A stretch of DNA of 64,000 bases from Limisphaerales bacterium. GTDB taxonomy: Bacteria; Verrucomicrobiota; Verrucomicrobiia; Limisphaerales; JAYPXF01. The stretch covers positions 66,816 through 130,815 of the forward strand of contig JBLFYM010000001.1 in the NCBI GenBank assembly GCA_047608975.1, in the 5' to 3' direction. The translations under genes and the position numbers were made by a program. Below are positions 55,743 to 64,000 of this stretch, one piece after another; position 1 is the first letter of the stretch, and each line of letters opens with the position of its first letter. The notes below the pieces were generated by a model. That model saw only the letters and a list, made by a program, of their open reading frames with translations, had not been told where the DNA came from and did not search any database.

Positions 55743-56210
55743 ATGGGTCAGGCGGATCGCGCGGAGATCGATTGTGCGGGCACCGGGGATTTCCAAGGCA
55801 TTCACCTGCATTTCCACGGCCCCTTTGCGGAGCTTCATTGTTCCAAGTTCCAGCCATGTCCAGATCGCCGCGATAGCGATCACTGAACCCGGGTTCGCGG
55901 GTGGCATTTTGCCAGGCCGCTCGCCACGGGCGTGAGTTTCTGGGCCCGGATGAGCGCAGCGAAGGGGTGGATACTCCTGACACTGGTGTCCAATTCCGGC
56001 CCGGATCGACAGACCGTGATGACGGCAAAATCCGCGGTTGAGGTCGGGAGAGAGTGGAAACTGATCCGATTCCCGGTGACGGCATTCCATTCGCGTTCCT
56101 TCGTGGATGTGGATCGGGCGACGATTGAATTCATCGGCGAGGGGCCGACCGAGTTTTTCCTGGATGATCTGCAACTTGAGGGACGCTGGCGGCCGTTTGG
56201 GCTGCGCTGA
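55743..56210 (+). pseudogene. possible decayed gene for a jelly-roll / carbohydrate-binding-like domain, interrupted by in-frame TGA at 55884
   Basis: A single reading frame gives MGQADRAEIDCAGTGDFQGIHLHFHGPFAELHCSKFQPCPDRRDSDH-TGA-TRVRGWHFARPLATGVSFWARMSAAKGWILLTLVSNSG...IRFPVTAFH...IEFIGEGPTEFFLDDLQLEG. The tail pattern (G.SFW...; F.LDD..L) is typical of CBM/CIA30-like domains. Only the part after the stop (55932..56210) appears in the ORF track. Confidence 0.3.
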
Positions 56211-56311
56211 CTCGGGTGATCTTCAAAGGACGTTGGCCTCGGGGCCGTCGGATTATCGAGAATCCTAAAGGGCGGCGTGAATTCGATTTGTTCGCCTGCC
56301 CCTGAAATCCA

Positions 56312-56340
56312 TTGACGCTCTCAGGGTGCGTCTCTATTTT
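56312..56340 (+). promoter_or_regulatory. sigma-70-like promoter candidate for gltA
   Basis: TTGACG (56312-56317), a 17-nt spacer, then TATTTT (56335-56340), 46 bp upstream of ATG 56386. Confidence 0.3.
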
Positions 56341-56385
56341 TGTGCTCCTTAAAACACAAAACTAAAAACAGATGCGAATTATCAG

Positions 56386-57507
56386 ATGAGTGCAGCAGGA
56401 AAAGGTCTGGATGGAATTATAGCGGCCAGTACGAAGCTTAGCGACGTAAGGGGACAGGAAGGCGTGCTGATTTACAATGGTTACAACATTGATGAGTTGG
56501 CCGGGCATGTGAGTTTTGAGGAAGTTGTTCACCTTCTTCACTATGGAACACTGCCGAACCGCGCGCAGCTGGATGCGTTGCACGCGACGCTTCGCGGCCT
56601 ACGCGAACTTCCCCAGGGAGTGATCGATATCATCAAGAGTCTTCCCAGCGATGCTCCTCCGATGCATGCCATTCGCACGGCGGTTTCGGCTTTGGGCTGC
56701 ACGGATAGCAATGCGGACGACCAGACTTTGACGGTTCAGCAACGGCAGGCGCTGCGGTTGATCGCCCAGATCCCGGTTGCGATGGCCGCTTTCCACCGTC
56801 ACCGGCAGGGCAAGGAAGTCATCGCGCCCGATCTGGAATTGGGCGAAGCCGCCAACTTCCTCTACATGATGGATGGGGAGAAAGCATCCGACGAAGCCGT
56901 GTCGACCCTGGACATGTGCTATGTCCTTCACGCCGATCATGGCATGAACGCTTCGACGTTCAGTGCGCGAGTCACAATTTCGACCCTGAGCGACATGTAT
57001 TCTGCGGTGACCACGGCGATCGGCACCCTCAAGGGCCCGCTCCATGGCGGTGCCAACGAAGGCGTCATCAAGATGCTTCAGGAGATTGGCAGCCTCGACA
57101 AGGTCGATGCGTTCATCGATGAGGCCTTGGAGAAGAAGCTGAAGATCATGGGCATTGGGCATCGTGTCTACAAGGTGCTCGATCCCCGAGCTCCGCACCT
57201 GAAGCGCATGGCGCACATCCTGAGTTCCAAGCTGGGTGAGCCAAAATGGATTGCCATGAGCGAACGCATCGCCGAATTGATGCTGGAGAAGAAGAACCTC
57301 AATGCGAACGTCGATTTCTATTCGGCCACGGTTTACTACTCCTTGGGAATTCCAACCGATCTGTTCACTCCAATTTTTGCGATCGCACGCGCGGCCGGTT
57401 GGACCGCACACGTGTTGGAGCAGTTGGCTGACAACCGGCTGATTCGCCCGCAGAGCGAATACGTCGGGCCCGTTGGCCTGAAGGTGGTTCCCGTCGATCA
57501 ACGATAA
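56386..57507 (+). CDS. gltA: citrate synthase
   Basis: GLDGIIAASTKLSDV, HADHGMNASTF, GPLHGGANE, GIGHRVYKVLDPRA. Confidence 0.9.
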   Translation: MSAAGKGLDGIIAASTKLSDVRGQEGVLIYNGYNIDELAGHVSFEEVVHLLHYGTLPNRAQLDALHATLRGLRELPQGVIDIIKSLPSDAPPMHAIRTAVSALGCTDSNADDQTLTVQQRQALRLIAQIPVAMAAFHRHRQGKEVIAPDLELGEAANFLYMMDGEKASDEAVSTLDMCYVLHADHGMNASTFSARVTISTLSDMYSAVTTAIGTLKGPLHGGANEGVIKMLQEIGSLDKVDAFIDEALEKKLKIMGIGHRVYKVLDPRAPHLKRMAHILSSKLGEPKWIAMSERIAELMLEKKNLNANVDFYSATVYYSLGIPTDLFTPIFAIARAAGWTAHVLEQLADNRLIRPQSEYVGPVGLKVVPVDQR

Positions 57508-57580
57508 TTTCAGACAGCCGCCCGAATCTTGGTTCCACCGTGGAACCCGAGGTGATGGCGGCTGATTGGTGCTTTAATAT

Positions 57581-58789
57581 ATGAATATTCACGAATATCA
57601 GGCCAAAGAGCTATTCAGCCAGTACGGCGTTGCAGTTCCGAATGGCGAGTCCTGCGATACGGCCGAGAAGGCCCGCGCGATCGCGGATCGGCTGATGGCC
57701 GACGGATCGGAAATGCTGGTCGTCAAGTCACAGATTCACGCTGGCGGTCGCGGCAAGGGAACGTTTAAGAGCGGCTTTCAGGGCGGCGTCAAGCTGACCA
57801 AATCCGCCGAAGAACTTGAAGAGTTCGCCCGCAGCATGCTGGGTGAAGTGTTGGTGACCAAACAAACTGGTGAAGAAGGCCGGCTGGTCTCCACGCTGTT
57901 GGTTGCGGACGCCCCGGAGATCAAGAACGAACTGTATTTTGCGGTACTTCTGGATCGCGCCACTTCCAGACCCCTGATCATGGCCAGCACCGAAGGCGGT
58001 GTAGACATCGAGGAGGTCGCTGAATCCACGCCCGAAAAGATCGTTAAGGAATGGATCGATCCGGCGCGCGGACTTTATCCATATCAGGCCCGCAAAGTCG
58101 CGGTGGCACTGGGACTCGGCGGCAAGCTGCTCAATTCGGCCAGCAAGCTCATCATGGCCACCTACAAGACCTGGTGGGAATGCGATGCTTCCATGGTTGA
58201 GATTAATCCGCTTTGCATCATCGAGGATGCCGATGGCACCCAGTCGATCATGGCCGTGGATGCGAAAGTCTCTTTCGACGACAACGCGCTTTATCGACAC
58301 AAGGATATCCAAGCCATGCGCGATCTGGCTGAAGAGGCTGATCTGGAGATCGAGGCCAGCAAGTATGACCTGAACTACATCAAGCTGGATGGCAACATTG
58401 CCTGCCTGGTGAATGGCGCGGGGCTCGCAATGGCCACGATGGACATCATCAAACATTTCGGCGGTGAACCGGCCAATTTTCTTGATGTGGGCGGTGGTGC
58501 CAGCAAGGAACAGGTGAGCGCGGCATTCAAGATCATCCTGAGCGACCCGAATGTGAACGGCATCATGGTGAATATTTTCGGAGGCATCATGGATTGCAAC
58601 GTTATCGCCAGCGGCATCGTTGCCGCGGTAAAGGAAACGGGACTCACGTTGCCCCTGGTCGTCCGACTTGAAGGCAACAACGTGGCGGCTGGCAAACAAA
58701 CCCTGGCAGATTCAGGTCTGACCATCGTTACCGGTGATTCAATGGCTGACGCCGCTCAGAAAATCGTCGCAGAAGTCGCGGCAGCATAA
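57581..58789 (+). CDS. sucC: succinyl-CoA synthetase beta subunit
   Basis: [20 protein letters not shown]-grasp region, [22 protein letters not shown]. Confidence 0.95.
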   Translation: MNIHEYQAKELFSQYGVAVPNGESCDTAEKARAIADRLMADGSEMLVVKSQIHAGGRGKGTFKSGFQGGVKLTKSAEELEEFARSMLGEVLVTKQTGEEGRLVSTLLVADAPEIKNELYFAVLLDRATSRPLIMASTEGGVDIEEVAESTPEKIVKEWIDPARGLYPYQARKVAVALGLGGKLLNSASKLIMATYKTWWECDASMVEINPLCIIEDADGTQSIMAVDAKVSFDDNALYRHKDIQAMRDLAEEADLEIEASKYDLNYIKLDGNIACLVNGAGLAMATMDIIKHFGGEPANFLDVGGGASKEQVSAAFKIILSDPNVNGIMVNIFGGIMDCNVIASGIVAAVKETGLTLPLVVRLEGNNVAAGKQTLADSGLTIVTGDSMADAAQKIVAEVAAA

Positions 58790-58798
58790 GGACAAGAC

Positions 58799-59698
58799 AT
58801 GGCAATTCTAGTTACTCCCGAAACGAAAATTTTAGTGCAGGGCATCACCGGTGGATTCGGTGGACGCCATGCAAAACTCAGTCTGGACTACGGCAGTCAG
58901 GTCGTCGCCGGCGTCACGCCCGGCAAGGGCGGTCAGACCTTTGATCATGGCGATATCAGCGTGCCGATCTTTGACACCGTGGCTGAAGCTGCCGCAGAAA
59001 CCGGTGCCACGACCAGTGCCGTGTTCGTTCCGCCTCCGTTCGCGGCCGACGCGATCTTGGAAGGTGCGGACGCCGGATTGGAACTCGTGGTGGCGATCAC
59101 TGAAGGAATTCCAGTTCGCGACATGGTCCGGGTAAAACGCGCCCTGGAAGGCATGAGCACCCGATTGATTGGCCCAAACTGTCCGGGTGTTGTGACACCT
59201 GGCACGGGCGAAAATTCTCAGGGTGGCTGCCGTATCGGCATCGCGCCCGGTTACATTCACAAGGCCGGCAACATTGGAGTGTTGTCGCGTAGCGGAACGC
59301 TTACGTATGAGGCGGTTTGGCAGCTCACCTGTCGCGATGTAGGGCAGTCGACCTGTGTCGGAATTGGCGGCGATCCGGTGAACGGAACGTCGCATCTGGA
59401 TGTGATCAAGATGTTCATGGAGGATGACGATACCACGGGCATCATCATGATCGGTGAAATTGGCGGTGACGCCGAAGAGGAGGCGGCTGCGTGGATCAAA
59501 GAACACGGGACCAAACCGGTTGCCGGTTTTATCGCGGGCACTACTGCGCCTCCCGGACGACGAATGGGGCACGCCGGGGCAATCGTATCTGGCGGCAAAG
59601 GAACGGCGGAAGCGAAGATCGAAGCGTTCAAGGAAGCCGGAATCGCAGTTGCTGCAACTCCGAGTGAGATGGCTGATACGTTGCTTGAGATGATGTAG
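58799..59698 (+). CDS. sucD: succinyl-CoA synthetase alpha subunit
   Basis: [45 protein letters not shown]. Confidence 0.95.
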   Translation: MAILVTPETKILVQGITGGFGGRHAKLSLDYGSQVVAGVTPGKGGQTFDHGDISVPIFDTVAEAAAETGATTSAVFVPPPFAADAILEGADAGLELVVAITEGIPVRDMVRVKRALEGMSTRLIGPNCPGVVTPGTGENSQGGCRIGIAPGYIHKAGNIGVLSRSGTLTYEAVWQLTCRDVGQSTCVGIGGDPVNGTSHLDVIKMFMEDDDTTGIIMIGEIGGDAEEEAAAWIKEHGTKPVAGFIAGTTAPPGRRMGHAGAIVSGGKGTAEAKIEAFKEAGIAVAATPSEMADTLLEMM

Positions 59699-59760
59699 GG
59701 TGGAGGATCCGTCTTATCAGACGAATCGGACCCCTTAGCCTGAGCCTGCCAATTGGGCGC

Positions 59761-62067
59761 TCAGCTCTCTCGGCTGAGCACTTTGTGCACGATGAGCAGC
59801 AGGCGTTCCGTTGAAAATGGTTTTGCCAGAAACTCGACATTCGCGTCGGGGGCGGCCTCGTTGACGGTCGCCTTTTCGGCTTCGAGGAGTCCGCTGATGG
59901 CGATGAATCTTACGCTCGTTTCCATTTTCCGTAGCGATCGGATCAGTGCCGCGCCATCCATGACGGGCATCATGATGTCGGTTATCACCACGGAAATTTC
60001 GGCGCGATGCCGCATAAACTCGGTGAGGCCTTCCGTGCCGTCGTTGGCGGTCAAAACGTTGTAGCCGTACTTCTCCAAAGTCGCCTGCGTGATCTCGCGG
60101 AAGGCGGCTTCGTCGTCGACCAGAAGAATAGTCTCACCGTTGCCGCGCGGCAGGGTGGGGCGGCTTGATTTCGCCGGGCTGGTGATGGGCGCGGTGGTGA
60201 CCGCCGGGATGAAAATCTTGAAGCGGCTCCCGCGTCCTTGCTCACTTTCGACGACCGCGAATCCTTCGTGGTTTGCGAGGATGGTTTGCACGGTGGTGAG
60301 TCCCAGTCCGGATCCTTGGCCGTGTTCCTTGGTGGTGTAGAACGGGTCGAAGATTCGCTTCTGCACGTCTGCCGGCATACCCATGCCCGTATCGGCCACG
60401 GTAATCTGAACGTGCAGGCCGGGGTGACCGCCGTTGCGAAGCAGGGGATCGTTTTCCTTGAGCAGAATGTTTTCTGCGGAGACATGGATGCGTCCGCCCT
60501 CCGGCATCGCATCCCGGGCATTCACACAGAGGTTCATCAGCACCTGGTGGAGTTGCGTGGGATCACCGATCACCGGCCAGAGATCATCGGCCACAGTGGT
60601 TTGAATCTGGATGGATCGGTTGAGCTTTTGCTTGAGAATTGTGGAGATCTCACCGATGAGATGGGAGGCCGAGGTCTCAATGCGGTCCCCTTCATCACCG
60701 CGGGCGAAGGGGAGCACCTGCTTGATCAGGTTCGCGCCGCGTTGGGTGGTGGATTCCATCGTATCCAACCAGCGCAACCCTTCGCTGTCATCCACGCGCA
60801 GGCGCAAAAGCTGCGAGGCGAGAATGATGGGCGCCAACATGTTGTTCAGCTCGTGCGCAATGCCGCTGGACAACGCGCCCAGGCTTTCCAAGCGCTGGGA
60901 GCGGAGAAAGTGAGATTCACTGATCTTCTTGTCCGTGACGTCGGTGTTGATGATCAGTTGGGACTTCGGTTTGCCGTCCTGATCCTTGACCAAAGTCCAG
61001 CGGCTCTGGATGAGAATTTCTTTGCCATCGCGCGTGCGGTGGCGATGTTCGCCCTTCCACTCGCCCTTGTGCCGGACCACCTCACGGGCTTCCGTCACCT
61101 GGTCGGGAATTTCGGTTCCGTGCAAAAGTTCGTGTAGGTTCTTTCCCAGTGTCTCTTCGGAACTCCAGCCGTAGAGATGCTCGGCACCCTTGTTCCAGTA
61201 GACTACGCCATCATTCATGTCACAGACCGTGATGGCGTCCTGCGCCTTGTCGAGGAGGGCCGCCTGGGCGCGGATCTGTTCCTCGGCATGGCTGCGATCG
61301 GTGATGTCGCGCGAGACCAGGATGACGCTGGTGACCGCGCCGCGCTCATTGCAGACGACATTGATCTGTGATTCCAGGCTGCGTAGCGATTGGTCGGCGA
61401 GTTGGAGCCGGAATTCAATCGTTCGGCCCGTGCCGGTGCGGATGGTTTCCTTGAGGGCTTGGGCGAACGAATCGCGATCCTGTTCATGCACGAGCTCCGC
61501 AAAACATACTCCGGGAGTGGCGGCAGGTTCATTCAGCAGAGTTCTCAGTGAGGGGCTGCAATATTGCCAGTCACCATTGTTGTCCAACTGCACGATGAGG
61601 TCGGACACATTGTCGGTGATTTGCCGGAGACGTTCTTCGCTGAGGCGGAGCTGATCCTCGGCTGCTTCTCGGCGAGCGCGTTCCTCGACCTCCCTCACCG
61701 CCCGACGCACAGAAGGAACGAGGCGTTCGATTCGCTGCTTGAGGACGTAGTCGGTTGCGCCCTGTTTGAGGCTTTCCACCGCCCGTTCCTCACCCATCAC
61801 GCCGGACAGCAGGATGAAGGGGATCTGCGGGCAGGTGTCCTGCGCGATTTTCAGAGCGGAAAGGCCGTCGAACGAGGGTAGGGAATAGTCAGACAGAATA
61901 AGATCGAAGTTGCCGGCTTCAACGGCTTCCACGAACTGATCGCGGCGGTCCACCATGATGAACTCGGAGGCGAGCTTTTCTTCCTTGAGCAGGCCTTTGA
62001 CCAATTCGCGGTCAGCGGGGCTGTCTTCCAGGTAAATGACTCTCAAAGGACGGTTGGCTGTGGTCAT
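59761..62067 (-). CDS. hybrid sensor histidine kinase (REC-PAS-PAS-HisKA-HATPase-REC)
   Basis: N-terminal REC (VIYLEDSPADRELV...ILSDYSLPSFDG), two PAS domains, H-box IAHELNNMLAPI, NLCVNARDAM, DTGMGM, GSGLGLT, C-terminal REC (ILLVDDEAAFRE...VITDIMMPVMDG). Confidence 0.9.
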   Translation of the reverse strand: MTTANRPLRVIYLEDSPADRELVKGLLKEEKLASEFIMVDRRDQFVEAVEAGNFDLILSDYSLPSFDGLSALKIAQDTCPQIPFILLSGVMGEERAVESLKQGATDYVLKQRIERLVPSVRRAVREVEERARREAAEDQLRLSEERLRQITDNVSDLIVQLDNNGDWQYCSPSLRTLLNEPAATPGVCFAELVHEQDRDSFAQALKETIRTGTGRTIEFRLQLADQSLRSLESQINVVCNERGAVTSVILVSRDITDRSHAEEQIRAQAALLDKAQDAITVCDMNDGVVYWNKGAEHLYGWSSEETLGKNLHELLHGTEIPDQVTEAREVVRHKGEWKGEHRHRTRDGKEILIQSRWTLVKDQDGKPKSQLIINTDVTDKKISESHFLRSQRLESLGALSSGIAHELNNMLAPIILASQLLRLRVDDSEGLRWLDTMESTTQRGANLIKQVLPFARGDEGDRIETSASHLIGEISTILKQKLNRSIQIQTTVADDLWPVIGDPTQLHQVLMNLCVNARDAMPEGGRIHVSAENILLKENDPLLRNGGHPGLHVQITVADTGMGMPADVQKRIFDPFYTTKEHGQGSGLGLTTVQTILANHEGFAVVESEQGRGSRFKIFIPAVTTAPITSPAKSSRPTLPRGNGETILLVDDEAAFREITQATLEKYGYNVLTANDGTEGLTEFMRHRAEISVVITDIMMPVMDGAALIRSLRKMETSVRFIAISGLLEAEKATVNEAAPDANVEFLAKPFSTERLLLIVHKVLSRES

Positions 62068-62139
62068 TTGTTAACGTCGGGAATGCGATATTGCTGGGCG
62101 TGACACAGAGTGGAACTTTGGCCTGACCGGGGCTTACGC

Positions 62140-62589
62140 TCAGGGCTGTGCTGCGTTTAGATGAGGCGGCTGGTTGGTTCGCCCCCAGAAAGAAGCGATC
62201 TGTTGCACGGTTTTGATGAATTCGTCGAAATCGACCGGCTTTACCATGTAAGCATTGACGCCGTTGCTGTAACTCCGGAGGACGTCTGCTTCTTCCCGGG
62301 AGGAGGTGAGCTTGACGACCGGTGGCTTCGCCAAGCTTGGGTCGGCTCGCATTGCCTCCAAAACTTCCAAGCCGCTGACTTTGGGTATCTTGATGTCGAG
62401 CAGCGTGACTGCGGGCAAACTTTCGGGCCGATCCGAATAGCTCCCCGGCATCCTTAAATACTCCAAGGCTTCCTCGCCTTCGCGAACAACCGCAACTTCA
62501 TCGGCGAGATTTTTGTCCGCCAAAGCGCACAAAGCCAACTCAACATCGTTGGGGTTGGCTTCGGCGAGAAGTATGCGTTGGGGGCTCAT
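62140..62589 (-). CDS. single-domain response regulator
   Basis: ILLAEANPNDVELA, TLLDIKIPKVSG, AYMVKPV. It lies directly upstream of, and codirectional with, the hybrid kinase. Confidence 0.85.
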   Translation of the reverse strand: MSPQRILLAEANPNDVELALCALADKNLADEVAVVREGEEALEYLRMPGSYSDRPESLPAVTLLDIKIPKVSGLEVLEAMRADPSLAKPPVVKLTSSREEADVLRSYSNGVNAYMVKPVDFDEFIKTVQQIASFWGRTNQPPHLNAAQP

Positions 62590-62751
62590 TCAGTGTGGTG
62601 ATTTTGACGCGCGAACTGCGACGGGCAAAGCTATTTTTGATTTGGGATGGCAATGCTTCGGCCTGATTGGGCGGATTCGAGCAGCCAAGGGGCGCGAATA
62701 GGCAAGTGTGAGTTCTTGTTGGAACCCGAACTATGCCTAAACTCTCAAACA

Positions 62752-64000
62752 ATGATCCGATTCTGCCGTATCCTTCTCGTGCTGGGTTTGTCGTCCATGC
62801 TCCCTGTCCGTGCTGCCGATCAGCGTCCCAATTTCATCGTGGTACTCTGCGATGATCTGGGTTACGGCGATTTGCACTGCTATGGCAACGATGAGTTGCA
62901 TACGCCCAACCTGGATCGGTTTGCGCAAGAGGGCTTGCGACTCACGAGTTGTTATTCCTCGCATCCGAACTGCTCGCCTTCCCGCACTGGCCTGATGACT
63001 GGCAGGACTCCGTTTCGGGTTGGGATACACAATTGGATTCCGATGCTTTCGCCCATGCATGTCCCGCCGAACGAAATCACGATTGCGACGTTGCTGCGCG
63101 ATTCGGGATACGACACGGCGTTGAGCGGAAAATGGCATCTGAATGGCCGATTCAATCTCACCGGTCAGCCGCAACCTGGTGATCATGGTTTCAATCACTG
63201 GTTTGCCACCCAGAACAACTGTCTGCCCAACCATCGCAATCCGTATAATTTTGTTCGCAACGGTATTCCGCTCGGACCGCTCAAGGGATACGCGGCCCAT
63301 CTGGTCACTGATGAAGCGGTGTTCTGGTTGCGAGAGGTCAGGGATCAGCAGAAGCCGTTCTTCCTGTTTGTGTCCTATCATGAACCGCACGAACCCATCG
63401 CCACCGATCCCAAGTATGAGAAACTCTATCCTTCCGAAGATCCGAGCTATGCGCCGCATCACGGGAATATCACGCAGATGGACGATGGGTTTGGTCGTCT
63501 GCTGAAGGCCGTTGATGACCTGGGCTTACGCAAGAACACGCTGGTCTTTTTCACCAGCGACAATGGGCCTGCCAAGACCGGCTTTCATCCGAATGGCTCG
63601 AGCGGGCCGTTGCGTGACAAGAAAGGCTTTATCGCCGATGGCGGGATTCGGGTGCCCGGGATCCTTCGCTGGCCCGGTCGGACCAAACCAGGAACTGTGT
63701 CCGATACTCCAATCATTGGGACGGACGTGTTGCCGACCTTCTGCGAAATCGCCGGTGTTGATTTGCCGAAAGACAGACCCTTGGATGGGGCGAGTTTTCT
63801 GCCCTTGTTTGCAGGGGAACCCATCCGCAGGAGCACGCCGATGTACTGGCACTTCTACGCGGCTGGAGGTGCTCAAAATGTCGCGATACGAATGGGTGAC
63901 TGGAAGCTGAGCGCGGAAATGGATGCGGGCCCGCCCCAGCAACGCGCCGGAATCGTGGCCGCAGACCAACAGACGATCAAGACTGCGGGACTCGGGAAGA
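62752..64000 (+). CDS. sulfatase (formylglycine-dependent), N-terminal about 416 aa; continues past right edge
   Basis: Not in the ORF track (no stop in the window). Hand translation from ATG 62752: MIRFCRILLVLGLSSMLPVRAADQRPNFIVVLCDDLGYGDLHCYG...SSHPNCSPSRTGLMTGR (CxPxR)...LSGKWHLNG...FTSDNGPA. The frame is open to base 64000. ORF 62737..63462 (-) is its antisense shadow. Confidence 0.85.
   Translation, partial: MIRFCRILLVLGLSSMLPVRAADQRPNFIVVLCDDLGYGDLHCYGNDELHTPNLDRFAQEGLRLTSCYSSHPNCSPSRTGLMTGRTPFRVGIHNWIPMLSPMHVPPNEITIATLLRDSGYDTALSGKWHLNGRFNLTGQPQPGDHGFNHWFATQNNCLPNHRNPYNFVRNGIPLGPLKGYAAHLVTDEAVFWLREVRDQQKPFFLFVSYHEPHEPIATDPKYEKLYPSEDPSYAPHHGNITQMDDGFGRLLKAVDDLGLRKNTLVFFTSDNGPAKTGFHPNGSSGPLRDKKGFIADGGIRVPGILRWPGRTKPGTVSDTPIIGTDVLPTFCEIAGVDLPKDRPLDGASFLPLFAGEPIRRSTPMYWHFYAAGGAQNVAIRMGDWKLSAEMDAGPPQQRAGIVAADQQTIKTAGLGK

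Noticed and set aside
55884-55886. In-frame TGA read as selenocysteine or programmed recoding
   Set aside because: I saw no SECIS-like hairpin immediately downstream, no Cys-containing homologue context, and no selenocysteine machinery in the window. A nonsense-mutated remnant is the simpler explanation.
1-64000. tRNA, rRNA, CRISPR arrays, IS elements or prophage genes
   Set aside because: I scanned for T-arm (GGTTCGAATCC-like) signatures, regularly spaced direct repeats, and transposase, integrase or phage-structural ORFs, and found none. The only regular tandem repeat is the 3 x 14-bp array at 50270-50311.

Overview
This 64-kb chromosomal segment has gene content typical of a PVC-superphylum bacterium (Verrucomicrobiota/Planctomycetota-like). 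It carries a PSCyt/DUF1553 + DUF1501 pair, a giant ThuA-discoidin-propeller-HEAT-haem protein, formylglycine sulfatases and TAT-signal Gfo/Idh/MocA oxidoreductases. About 50 protein genes are supportable. They include housekeeping blocks (pgk-tpiA-secG, gltA-sucCD, feoA-feoA-feoB, murJ, folA, cobA/hemD, rmuC, family-4 UDG) and several two-component signalling genes. I found no rRNA, tRNA, CRISPR array, transposase or integrase. Two edge genes missing from the ORF track were recovered by hand translation: a CxxCH protein at 1-428 (minus) and a sulfatase at 62752-64000 (plus). Many long ORFs in the track are antisense shadows of real genes, as expected for high-GC DNA. I do not see a convincing multi-gene defence or secretion system. 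The observations most worth follow-up are: (1) an AT-rich islet encoding a cNMP-binding domain fused to methylglyoxal synthase, preceded by a perfect 3 x 14-bp tandem repeat; (2) an operon of two non-canonical thymidylate-kinase-like paralogues with a Ppx/GppA phosphatase; (3) an alpha-carbonic anhydrase whose 5' end is cut off by a divergent sulfatase gene; (4) a dispersed intergenic repeat family built from CTCCAA/TTGGAG units; (5) a terminator-containing leader or small RNA upstream of a membrane TPR gene. All family assignments rest on motifs read by eye, and no database search was possible.
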